A DNA stretch of 64,000 nucleotides from Phoronis australis (taxonomy: Eukaryota; Animalia; Phoronida): contig NMRA01000234.1 of assembly GCA_002633005.1 (NCBI GenBank), positions 183,535-247,534 on the forward strand, read 5' to 3'. Positions 1-12,000 of the stretch are shown here, in pieces. The notes beneath the pieces were generated by a model. The model had not been told where the DNA came from. It saw only the letters and a program-made list of their open reading frames with translations, and ran no database searches. The position numbers and the translations under genes were made by a program. Numbering within the stretch: the stretch's first letter is position 1; each line of letters begins with the position of its first letter.

Positions 1-40
1 TTTTAGAAGTGTTTTTCATAATTTTGATAACTCAACACCC

Positions 41-620
41 TTGACTCAATTCTCCCTTACCCGCGATAACGAAATAGCATTGTACAGATCAAGATGTGGC
101 CTTTTCCTCAACTCTGACAAGTTCAGGCACAACTTTAGTAATGTCTCTCCAAACTATAAATGTGGTGACCATCAATCTTATCCTCATATTTTCTTTAAAT
201 GTCCCCTCATCGAATCCCTGAGAGACTCACTCTTTCGTGCACTCAATGATAACCAATCAATTGTTAACGCTCTCAATTCTTGTAATAATATCCCTACTAG
301 AGTTACATTATTACTGAATGGTTGTCCTAACCTTGATCACTTTGTTCTCAACGAATTCCTCCTAAGCAACGTTAGCAAATTTTTATGTACCGTTTATCAA
401 TATTGTTGCATCTGATTTCCCTACATGAATCTGTGCATATTTTTGTTTTTATATATCTATAATAGCATGTCTAAGTATTGGAATACTTATTTTAGATACT
501 ACTCAATTGTATATTACCTCTTGTATGAATTGTTTACAACCCAGATATAATGCTTCGCGGTTTCTGGGTTTATTATTATTTCTTTGTATGTTCTGTGTAT
601 CCTTCAATAAATATATATCA
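41..620 (+). mobile_element. 3' end of a decayed non-LTR retrotransposon (CR1/L2-like ORF2 C-terminus plus 3' UTR)
   Basis: ORF 41-415 reads LYRSRCG..LNSDKFRHN..SPNYKCG..HIFFKCP..RDSLF..LLLNG..FL, like the Cys/His-rich C-terminal tail of CR1-clade ORF2. It is followed by a hairpin (AACCCAGA...TCTGGGTT, ~538-570) and AATAAA at 606. The element is truncated by the window edge. Confidence 0.65.
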
Positions 621-744
621 CAGTGAAAAAAACCCCAAAGATTTGTTTCTGTAGAAATAAACATGTCTATGGTACCGATAAGGGTTCAATGAGACGTGCT
701 TTTGCATAACATATCCCTTGATCGAAAGGTAGCGCTTTTGACAA

Positions 745-1218
745 AAGCGGAAGTTGTGTCGAGAGAACCGCAACAGCAAAAAGCTCTCCCATAGACTATG
801 ATTATGAATAGACTCACAGGCAAGGACTCAGACCGCAGAAAAAAATGATATTATCGCATCTATGGTTAGATAAGATACCATTTGTATAGGGGAACTGCGA
901 AATTGTTACCTCGGTTACTGGTATATGTGCTTTAAATTATCGAATATACATCGGATCTACAGTCGGTGGTCACCCCTTGGCCTTGGCTTTCTTGATCTTG
1001 GCTTCATACGCCGTATGATACGGCGGACGCTAGTTTTCGGAAAACTTTCGGCGAATTATGCCTCACACTGATTAAACCATCAAAGTCACGTTGCTATAAG
1101 TAGCCTACCGTTCGTGCATGCAGGGTCGTCCTGTACCCTGGCGCGAGCGGAGTAAAAATGGCCAGTTGCTGATTTGGCGGCAACTGGACAAAGGACTTTT
1201 CGAAAAAAATTGAAGCGA
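745..1218 (+). promoter_or_regulatory. Probable SIRT4 promoter and non-coding first exon
   Basis: Locally CpG-rich, with an ETS-like GCGGAAGT at ~747 and a YY1-like AAAATGGC at ~1155. A donor-like GA|GTATGT at 1219 could pair with the acceptor TTCTGTTACAG| at 1578, upstream of ATG 1595. Confidence 0.4.
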
Positions 1219-1594
1219 GTATGTGTTTTAGTTGGAAGGAATTAAAGACATCGATGCCCTCCTAATTTGTCTTTCTATGCGCAAAAGGTACTTATTGCAA
1301 TGTGATTTTGATGGTTTAATCAGTGTAAGGCATAATTTGCCGAAAGCTTCCATCGTATGAAGGCCTATGGAATGGCTACTGTCTCTTTTGCTCAGTAGAG
1401 ACAGTGGTACTCTGTTATTTATACGCATTGAGTTATAATTATCACACACAGTGTTAGGGTATTCTAACATGCAGTTTCTAAGTGAGTGAACTTTGTTCAT
1501 TAACATATATTATGACTGGCAATAATCTATACATTGTTTTTGCATATTTTTGATGATGTTGAATCACTTCTGTTACAGAGGATTGCTTACAAAA

Positions 1595-4500
1595 ATGACC
1601 ACATACTGTTTGAGGAGGCTTTTCCTGACACGTTACAAGCAACCTAGAAACATTAACCCTGTCAATTGGGTGCACACTAACCCTGTCAATCTTAAGTTTG
1701 TGCCTCCGTCTCATCAGCCAATTGAGGATGACATTCAAAAACTAACGGAGTTTGTCTCACAGGCACGTCAACTGCTTGTGTTGACTGGTGCTGGAATTTC
1801 TACTGAGAGTGGTATTCCAGACTATAGATCTGAGGGTGTGGGCTTGTATGCTAGGAGTTCTTCAAGGCCTGTAATTTACCAAGACTTTTTAAAGAGTGAT
1901 AAAGTAAAGCAGAAATACTGGGCCAGGAACTACATTGGTTGGCCAAAATTTTCATCATTTTTACCCAACAATGTTCATCAGACAATCAGCCAATGGGAAC
2001 ACTTGGGAATCGTGCATTGGATTGTCACTCAGAATGTTGATGCCTTGCATTTTAAAGCTGGCAGCAAGAAAGTGACGGAGCTTCATGGCAGCTCACACAG
2101 GGTGGAGTGCCTGACTTGTAGTCACTGTATTCCAAGGAGTGAATATCAGAAACAGCTGGACAACCTGAACCATGAATTTACTGCAGACTCTGTGTCTGTC
2201 AATCCTGATGGAGATGTGGAATTGTCTAATGAGCAAGTGGACAAATTTAAGGTAATATCTTCTTTCAGATGAAGGTCTGTGAAGGGATATAATAGTGCAG
2301 GAGCTACTGATCTACATCACATCATGCACTGTATGCAAAAGTATTCATCTGGCATTTCTTAACCACACACAGTTATAGCCTGAAAATGCGTGCATAATAT
2401 GTAAGATGGTGGAAGTCAGGACACTCTTGTCAATTCGTGACAAATGCTTGTTTGAACTGTAACAGTTTTAGTTTTCTAAAATATCATATTCAATTATCTA
2501 ATACTGGGTAAGTCAACTTTGTACCTAACTTTTAGTAAATCATACAGAAATCCCGTTACTTTCGTCTGGAATGTTTATCTAACAATTACACTGACAGTCT
2601 GTAGATAAAAGTCTGAATGACTGTATTACTCGTTAACCCACTCTAGTATAGTTACCAGTGAAAAAACTCTGAAGTTTGTCAACAAAATAGCCAATCATTT
2701 CACCAGTTAAGTAAACAGGGTTGTTGTATAAACTGTATCCAGTGTTCGTTGTATGGAAGTCAAAACTTACTAGTTTTGGGAAGAAGACTAATTTGACCTG
2801 CATTTTTTACAATCTTTAAGCCTTACCGGCTTTTTGTTGAATATTGGTCAGTAATTTTTATATTCCATAACACACTTCTAACAGAGGTGGGATATGTTTT
2901 TATATTATGGGTCTATGGCCGTTATTACAGAAACAAAATTGATTGATTGATTGATTGATTGACTGTTATTCAGATTCAGAAGTTTTTTAACCCAAGCAGT
3001 AAGGTTAGTAACTAATCGGAATGTCTTAGCTGTGTCCAGAATTTTAAAAGCATTGGTGACAGATATTTTTTTTTTACTGCTAGTCGGTCTGTCAAAAATA
3101 CTTCAGCCCATATTTAGCAGAAGTGATTCTTGTCACTAAGGTAACTGAGAGAGGACTTCTCAGTAACCACCAATATTCTACACTACAGGTGGCGCCATGC
3201 ACCCAGTGTGGAGGACACATGAAGCCACAGATCGTATTTTTTGGAGACAATGTCAAGAAACCAATTGTCGAATTTCTGTATGAAAAAGTGAAGAGCTGTG
3301 ATAAAGTTTTAGTGGCAGGGTCATCGCTTGAGGTTTGTTTTCAGTATTCTTGTGTTCCTGAAAAGTTAAAAGCTACCATTTTTGAGTTTGATGGGACTTG
3401 GGAATGACTAATTACAGCACACATTGAAATCTTGAAAACATAGATCATAGACACCTAATTACTTTCAGGCTTACTGTTATTGGCGGCACCTACTGAAGCA
3501 GTAGCCTGAACAACGAGTACTGCATGCCATGTTTCTTCATTGTGTGTGGGCTGCGCTTGGTATTTTCTTGTTTTTAGAGAAATTTTGACTGTGGTGAAGC
3601 CTGAGGTGAGGCACTGTGTTTGTGGCGGTTGCGACAACTCAGCTTTCGATTACGCCATGGCTCTTTTTACTTCTCTATGGGAGAAGCCACTTGCTAGGAA
3701 ATGGTACTAGTTTCGGAATAGCATCTGTGTATGGGACAAGTCTGTCTAAGGCTTGGAAACTTTTTTGCATTAATGAGTCTTGCTTTAATGAGAGGATTAC
3801 ATATTAGCTAATTTTCAATCTCTCGTTCAGCCTTGCCTTGCATTTCATTTTGTCAAATTAAGTGCCTGCCAACTTTACCCGACTCATCAAAGAACTTAAC
3901 ATTTTGTATAAAGCTGTCCATTTTTTCACTTCTTGGGTGTAACAAGTGTTTGCCAAGTTATTACTTATAAAGGTCAAAGTTAGGATCGGTAAAAAACACT
4001 TTCTTGATTAGAAATTCATTGAGGATCATCTGATTTTAGCATGACGAATTATGAAAAGTTATATTGTCACGTGATTACTTATCTTTTGCTTGTTGTTATA
4101 TTATTTAAAGTTCCAAATTATTGATAATTTCTAATCAGAAAGCATAATTATCATTACTTTTGTTACAGCCTGCTTTAATTCAAAATTAGCAACTCTATTT
4201 AGGTCAAACACTATAAAGAGATTTTAACACTGAAGAGTATGCTAACATCTCGAAAATTTGAAACTGGACGGTTTTAACCCTTGAAATTTTTCGTCACAAA
4301 AGCCAATTTTTGATTTAGATCATTAAACATTGTGATATTGTTCTTTAGTCAAGTTGCAGATGATTTTAGAGCTTTGAAAGAACTGATAATGCATTATTGC
4401 TTGAGATCAAGTTTGCTTATCATGGCGTATCATTTTATGGTCCAAGCATGGTCTCAGCAAATGACAAATATAATTTGCAATCTCATAAATCTCTTCTTGT

Positions 4501-5435
4501 CTTGGTAAGAAAAGGGTTGAGAAAATGTTTACAGTAATAATGGATTGAGAGAGGGTTTATTGCTGATTTAAAGTCTAACTTCAACGAGTTTTTATTTTAG
4601 ATGTATTGGGCTAACCAGATACTCCTATCTATCAAAGCCTTAGTAAAATAACAAAACGCGAGTTCAATCGCGTAAATGTAAGCCCGTCAAGTGATAAGTG
4701 AAGCTGCCTATTCGTGCCATGTTGCATCACCGCGAGATCCCAGCACAAACAATAAAAAGTTGTATTGAATAGGGGTCTAAATGGAACACCATTGCATGCG
4801 GGTGTTATTCACAGCTGTTAGAATTAAGAGGTGACTCTCACGATGACGTAGACAAAAGCAAGCCAATATGCCTAACAGTTTGTTACATTTGGCAATTTAC
4901 GGCACTAGTGGACTCAGAGCGATGCTCTTAACATACCGGTACTGTAGGAACCAAATGTACATGTGTTACCGTTCAATATAGACTTTTAATGTTCGTTTTT
5001 GACTGAAACTGATAAATAAAGTGATGCTAACAGCTGAAGTGTTTCTATCAGGGACAAAACTAACTCAGTCATATGATTAACATAAAAGTTCTTCTCCTAT
5101 GATGTATTCAAGCCTGGAAAAAGAGAAGCAGTTGTGAACCTTGGACACATTTCACTGACCCAATCTTCTTGTGTAAGGATTAAAGGGAGTGAAATTTGGA
5201 TATAAACACTGATGATATGAATTCGCCTGATTGTTGTGTCAAATCCATTTATACTGTGATACCATCTGTTTTCCAGGTATTTTCTGGATATAGATTTGTC
5301 AATAGAGCCAAAGAGTATGGCAAGCCCATTGCCATTGTGAATATTGGACCCACTAGAGCTGATCGTCTGGCTTCTTTGAAAATAAACGCGCGATGTGGAC
5401 ATGTGATACCTCATATTCAGCTACCGAGATTATGA
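1595..5435 (+). CDS. SIRT4: NAD-dependent protein deacylase sirtuin-4, mitochondrial (~319 aa)
   Basis: Exons 1595-2251, 3189-3332 and 5277-5435, all joined by phase-0 GT-AG introns. Motifs include LTGAGISTESGIPDYRSEGVGLY, RNYIGWP, VTQNVDALH, ELHG, Zn ligands CLTC/CTQC, KPQIVFFGDNV, GSSLEVFSGYRF and IVNIGPTRAD, typical of class II sirtuins. The Arg/Leu-rich N-terminus resembles a mitochondrial presequence. Confidence 0.95.
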
Positions 5436-5853
5436 TGAAAAGTCACTTTAGTGTACCAAGCTCTGTGATTTCTACAAAACTAGTACTTTGCTGGTCCTGC
5501 TATAATTATAGTAATGGGTTGTATATTTTGCAAAATATACTTTTACGTGTTCTTGATGTAGAAAGTGTGTACTTTTAGTGTACCTTTGCTAAAAATACAA
5601 GTCTGTGTTCATCGATCTGTTTTGGTGTTGATTACTGTACACTTCACTCTTAATTATTACCCATGCGTGCAACAACACTGAAGTTATATAAATGGCTCAG
5701 CAAAAGACCCTTGTCATATTTCTGCATTCATTTCCATTGAGCAAACACAGACCAACATTGACTGTTTGATTAGTGATTGGTTATGAAAGTCACATGGTAT
5801 CTTTACTGTTTTCTTTGCCCTTGAGTAATAGAATATGAAATGATTTTATGTGC

Positions 5854-5995
5854 TCCCATATATGTATGTGGGCACATGTTGCCATCATGATCATTCGTGT
5901 CTGACGTCTGGTTGGCCAGCTGTCTCCTCCCATATTTGTATATGGGCACATGTTGCCATCATGATCATTCATGTCTGATTGGCCAGCTGTCTCAT
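5854..5995. repeat. Local tandem duplication (~75 bp x2)
   Basis: CCCATAT.TGTAT.TGGGCACATGTTGCCATCATGATCATTC.TGTCTGA...TTGGCCAGCTGTCTC occurs twice. Confidence 0.8.
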
Positions 5996-6009
5996 CTGAG
6001 CCCATGCTG

Positions 6010-6560
6010 GATCTTTTGTCAAATTTGTCAATTGTCTATGAATGTGACGACGATGACTTTTAGACGACTGCAGCTACCGCAGTGCCCCTCGGTGGCAATT
6101 TTTTGTTTATTGTGTTTGCCTCTGTATCTTTGGAGTTGTTAGATTTAATTTTTGGTGCCCGTCTCTCTATTTGCTCTAAGGATCATTTTGAAAATTTGCA
6201 GATGTATACCTAAGAAGAGCTCCGGTGACGTTGATTTTGCGAGGGCTCCTTCAGACGTCTTATACTTTAACTCCAAAACCTCGCGTTCGTACCAGGGGAT
6301 GACATCAGCGAATTTTCGAACGGATCTGACTACGGCTGTTCCCCCTAGTAGCAATTTGAATTTTTTAATGTTTGCCTCTGTCTTGAGAGTTCCTTAACGG
6401 ATTTTCATGTGCATCTATAAGGGAAACGACACCACCTTCCCGTTTTCGTGTTGATTCAACGTATTTTTCGCCTCCTAGTAGCCATTTTTAATGTTTTCTT
6501 ATTTCGTTTCTAGAGGTGCGTGGCGAATATTAAAGTATGAAATTCGTCAAGTAACTTTCT
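6010..6560 (-). repeat. Fragment of the dispersed ~130-bp-unit repeat family carrying CCACTAGRGGGC-like motifs
   Basis: GTGCCCCTCGGTGGCAATT (~6082), TTCCCCCTAGTAGCAATT (~6339) and CGCCTCCTAGTAGCCATT (~6469), in the same sequence context as the arrays at 27150-28340 and 32700-36300. Confidence 0.6.
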
Positions 6561-7104
6561 TTTCCTTTTGATAATGGTCAACATTTTTTTCTTTCAAATT
6601 TTACATGTTTGAAATTTCTTCCTTCGTGAATAGTTGTCATTGCAGGATTTATCGGGGACAAGGTAGCAATCGCAGGGTTCGCCCTGGCAGGAGAGCGGAC
6701 CGCGTCTGAAAGAAAGCCCCATAACAAAAACTATGAAAAGAATGATAGTTTAACATGGGAAATAGAACAACCAAACCTGTCTGGAGACCACGCAAAATTA
6801 CATTTGTCAGCCGTTTGGCTAACTTCAGTCAAGCATCGTCAGTCCGACACTATGAAAGCCATTAAATGGTTTCACAACAACACATTTCTGTTTATACTGG
6901 CCTTTTTCCGGCTCGTATTTGTTCCGTCAAGTTCATGTATCAACATGCATCCCTTCAGGTATTGCCTAAAAGGTCATTTTGGGAAATATAGATTTAAAAA
7001 ATACCTTTCTGTAATTTACTGCCGTCTGTTTACTCAACTTGAAATTTGCTCTGTGTCAGTGGGTTTAGTTTTCATAAACAGGTGTTGCCATAATGTGATG
7101 ATCC

Positions 7105-7715
7105 AGCATGTCTTGCGTTGTCTACCAGCTGTCGTGCAAGGAGGACCACACCCATCTGTACATAGGGGAAACCAAACGCACCCTAGGGACAAGGATAAGG
7201 GAACACTCCAAAGCAGACAGACCCACAGGCGTAGGGGAACACACCCTCAACACTGGACACACCATCGACAAGCGCAACGCCCATTGCCAGAGAAGAACAC
7301 TGGTACTCAAGCAAGGTTAGGAGGCTGGCTACATTAGAACAAGTTGTCCCAATTTGATGAACAGGGATCATAGGGGCGGAACCGGGATTTTGAGTTGGAG
7401 GGGGGACACGGGGCAGAGTACTCATCTAGCCAGGATTTTGCCCGTCGGACATTCGAAACATCGAACTGCCAAATGAATTTTGGGAGAATTTTGGGGGGCA
7501 TGGCCCCCTTGCCCCACCCTCCCCCCTCTAAATCCACCACTGGATAAAGGGTTACAACTCCCAGCGGCCGTGTATGAACAGGTCAACCTGACGCGGGAAA
7601 TCCAGTCAGTGAACAAGGTACCCTCTGACACAGCGCCACCTATACTACTTTCGTTTAGCACTGTGATAGAGTGCATGAACAAGGCCCTTAGAGAGAGTGC
7701 GGAAACGGCAACTCA
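7105..7715 (+). mobile_element. Penelope-like retroelement 3' remnant (GIY-YIG endonuclease), frameshifted and interrupted by a MITE
   Basis: Translation SCVVYQLSCKE..HLYIGETKRTLGTRIREH..GVGEHTLNTGHTID, then after a frameshift LEAGYIRTSCPNLMNRD, the insertion, and DKGLQLPAAVY. This follows the usual PLE EN-domain order (VY..YIG.T.R.L..R..EH...EA..I....P.LNRD.G). Confidence 0.85.
7370..7542. mobile_element. G/C-run-rich MITE nested in the Penelope remnant
   Basis: Imperfect terminal inverted repeats TAGGGGCGGAACCGGG...CTAAATCCACCACTG interrupt the PLE NRD-KG motif. The termini resemble those of the elements at 18908-19933 and 20084-21241. Confidence 0.65.
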
Positions 7716-9028
7716 TCAGGCGGTAGATCACGTGCCACCTGAGCACGGTAGAATTTACGCGAGGAGAAACGTTATGTTTCGCGGTGACGCGGAAGCACTG
7801 GCTACGGGTTAGATATATCAGTCCGAGTTTAACTTTTTTCGACTGTTTTGGTTGCGTCATTTCTTAACCTAAAATGGCCAACTCATGCAAAGAAGTACTT
7901 TTAATGAAATTACACAAAATGAAAAGGGCCACGAGCATTTTGGGAGAGTGCGTCACTAGTCGCTTTGAATTTTTTGCTCCCGAAAAAGCGTTCATGAGCG
8001 TTTTCTGGTGAGGAGCGCTTTAATCAAAATTCCCGAAAATGCCACTGGACGTTCTATTTGGGTAGCCGGATTACATTAATTAATAAAGATCACGGCCGTC
8101 GCCAACCGTTCGCGGAAAATGAAAAAATTGCGACAGAATGAGCATTTATCGAGCAGCAAATGTGAAGATAGCAGTTCCTTGTCAGTAAACTTTCAACAAT
8201 TCTGCCTCGACGGTAGGTTTCACTAGTTAAATGTGATATCTTTGTTATTGATATTATCATTATTAATATTACCATGTTTATTATCAATTTTGCAATAACT
8301 ATAACAATTACCATTATCATTATTACGCTACAATTATTATTTTCATAACACTATTTGTTAAATGCATGAGAATTAAGCCCTGTAAAAAGCATTATTTGTG
8401 ACTTTACGAATTATTGCAAATTAAATGTTAGTCAGACATGTTTTAAGATGATACGCTGAAATTAAAATCTTAAAAGATTTCCCTACATATCCAACTTCTT
8501 GTCTTATTTGTGACACTCTGTAATTCTTCGGGTGTTATAGTTATTTTTTAAAAGAGATTAAAATCTTTCTCTGTAGTTTTTGGGTAGTGCCGTGAATTTT
8601 ATCGATGATACATTAAAGAAATACAATGAAAAAAGTAAAAAGTAACTAAGTGATGAATTTCAAGAGCAAAAGCGCTAAATGTAATTAACTGTGTCTGCGA
8701 CTAAATCTTCATTCTCCGGGTTTTGTAAGTACGTCTGGTAGGCAGAAAGGACAATTACCCCGCGAGTAGGTGGACAAAGACGGCCTCTATTGTGATCTCT
8801 ATTGATTCGTAACGTGAATTGATCTAAGCGGCCCTGCTGTGTATTTTTAAACTGGTCAGACCAGTTTTACAAGCAAGAGCAAAGTTAGCGATGGTTGGAG
8901 TTTATAGGACAATAGAGTCCAAACGACCCAGGCGTGACTTAACCTGTCGTGACTACCAGCTTACTTGTTAGGTAGGGCGGGAGTGAGATGACAGTACTCT
9001 AAGATCTGTCAGTAAATTCCATAGTGCG

Positions 9029-12000
9029 ATGAAGGTGAGTACTATTGCTTTGTATGTTCGCCATTCGGTCGCCCGACACACCAGGTTTGCAATATATGAT
9101 CGATTACGACCGATTTTAGAAATATGTTGATCGAAAACATGGATATAAAATAAATGAATGTCATATACGATACGAAGACCTGTGGATGAAATACCTACAG
9201 TAAACAAAACTGAGACAAATTATTATTTGTCTTGGGTCGTTTGGTCAGTATATTGAAACACTCTTAATGCAGGCCGCGATTGCGCTGAATGAATTCCATC
9301 CCTATGTCTCAGGATTACGCGATTTTTATCGGATCTTTGTGACTGCTGAGTAGCGTTTGGTGGTTTTTCACGCCGACACCCAACCAGTCGGCTTCCGATA
9401 ATCGCCCTATAATTAAGGTCGGCCCATTTGGCCATTTTTCTTCCACAAATTTATCGGATCGGCTTTGCGAATGCGTATGTAATCAAGACACTTTTCTGAT
9501 TCAGACAGGATTGAAAGATGGCGATTAGTATAAGCTACAAAGAATAACTAGCAATTGTGAAATTATACCAAGCAATGTTCGCTGATTTTGAGAACGCAAT
9601 TAGGCCTACACAGGAATACACTTAATGCCATATTGGAAAATTTTGTTTTCCGTCATTCCCAAGGACTGGCTGCTGCGTTGTAAACACACAGGCTAATTTG
9701 GGGTGTCCCCGACAAAGACCAAATACTTTGTCGACCACCACACTGACCAGTTTCAGTAAGCAAATAACTTGTTATTCAGCCGACGAGACGGTTTTCCATA
9801 CAGTGATTTAACTTTGCCACCTTCATCGCGGTGACCTCCATCGTTGACTCCTCTCACGCCCCGGTTGCAAGAGCATATCTCTCCGCATATGATAGCCATG
9901 TGTCTGGTACATTCCATACAGAATATCATACACGAACGTTGGTGGCCATTAACGAATTAAATATTTTATAAGGGCAGTTCAACCACGATTTTCGATTGCC
10001 TCTTAAAACGACATGCTGAAGTCATTTTTTCGTTGGTCGTTTCCGCCTGGGGTCCCTAGAGTCCGGCACCCCTAAATTCGCCAATGGTGGAAAATTGGAG
10101 CGAACTTCAAAGACTACCGGGAATGTAGTTGGTGGCGACTGAGGAGATTATCCGAAATGTCTTGGTTTAGTCTCTGTGGTCACACGAGGGCGCTGCGAAG
10201 GAATATAGACTGAATTCAGTACTGTATCCTTCACACGGACTAACGCAGGCTCTGGAAACGTTCCGTTGATCATTTTCTATTATTATTCATTATTTCTGAA
10301 TATGTAGTAAAATTATTTATCTTATTTTATTTTCTTCAGCTCCTTGTGATCCTAGTCCTGTTGTCAAGCACAGTGACGGTAATAACAACTAGCGGGTACA
10401 AAACATGTCAGCCACCTGCATCCGGCTATCCTGGCGAATTCGCTTACACGAAGGTCAATGACCAAAGCTTTGGACGTCACGTGTATATAGGTGGGCTTTT
10501 TAACTCGCGTGTTGCTCAGGGCACTTATGGGAACTGTGGTGCCTATAACAGCCTAACGGTTCAAGAAACAGAGGCATTCTTCTGGGCGTTGAGGACCGTT
10601 AAGCAGCGGTACCCCAACTACGACCTTTTGAAAGGTATTGAGATTGGAGCGTTTGCATGGGATTTTTGTGAGAACAACTATAACGCAGTGCGCTTTTTAT
10701 CATCATTCTTCATGTGCCAAACAGGTTTTGGTAATCCTCCCATAGTTCCTCGTTTTACAATGGGATTTGTGGATAATTTGTTCAGTTTCCAAGACCTGGA
10801 AATCGCCAAATATGTGACGTGGACTGGTACTACTCAGGTCAGTGCGTCGGCTTCAAGCACGTTTCTCAGTCCCTCAAAGGATGATTATCACTACTTCCTG
10901 CGCACCGTCCCATCTGATGCCAGGCAATCCGAAGCACTGGTAGCAATCGCGAAGCAACTGGGTTGGAAACATATCCAGGTTGTACACGAGGCGAACATCT
11001 ACGGTAGGACCGGCGCCAAGGATGTCAAATTGTATGCAACACAACACGGGGTGTGTGTTGTCCAGACGATTTCTTTACCAGAGGATGTAAAAGCCTCTTC
11101 TGAAATGGACGAGGTTGTATCCAAATTACTAGCAAAACGAGAAACCCGCGGGGTTGTCGTCTACGCCTCAAGTTACAATGTTAATGCTTTCCTAATGGCA
11201 GTCAAGCGTAAGAACGCCAAAAACGTGTTCACGTGGTTTGGTCCCGAATCCTGGGGTAGCTTCATGGATGCCGTCAAAGGTGTAGAAGCAGAAGCGCAAG
11301 GCGCAGTCACCTTGACAATAGGATCTTCTACGACAGTAGGCTCATTCGAAGACAACTTTATGAAGTGGTACCGGAAACTAATGCCAGAACAAAACACCTG
11401 GAACCCATCCTTCAAACAGTACTGGATGCAGAAATTCAAATGTAAGCTGACAGGCATGACGTCTGACTTTACCACCCCGTGTAACGCAACGTCCCATTCG
11501 CTAGCTGGTGAGACCATGTCTCAGTACGTGCGTTCAATCATATTAGCTGCGGACGCCTTGGTTCACGGTATCGAGTCAACGAGGAAGAATGAATGCAAAG
11601 TAGGGCCGTACATCTGCACTAACATGATCAATGACAAAAACCTCCGTGACGTGCTCTACAACAGGGTCAGGACAGCTACCGCTAACATCAACAACAAGAA
11701 CGTTTCCTTTTTTGACTCGGCAGGTGAAAGTGCCACCACTCAATTCAAGATTCACAATTTTAGACGACCCTCTGGCAATGTGTACTCTCATGGTTATCAC
11801 GAGGTAAGAATTCCCTGGAGTTTAGAAATGTCCCGACTAAATGACCAATTTCCTTGCTGTTACTTCAGCTGCTGTGTGATCTGTCTCGTTGCGTGTGCAA
11901 TGCCTTCATCTTCATGAGTTCCTTTGAATGCAAGAAATGGTACTGTCAACTTACTTTCATAAAAAAGAATTGTAAATTGTACTTATACTACGTTTTTATT

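Noticed and set aside
6804-7337. 177-aa ORF as an independent gene
   Set aside because: Its 3' half is an alternative frame of the Penelope GIY-YIG remnant; no recognisable motif or splice structure.
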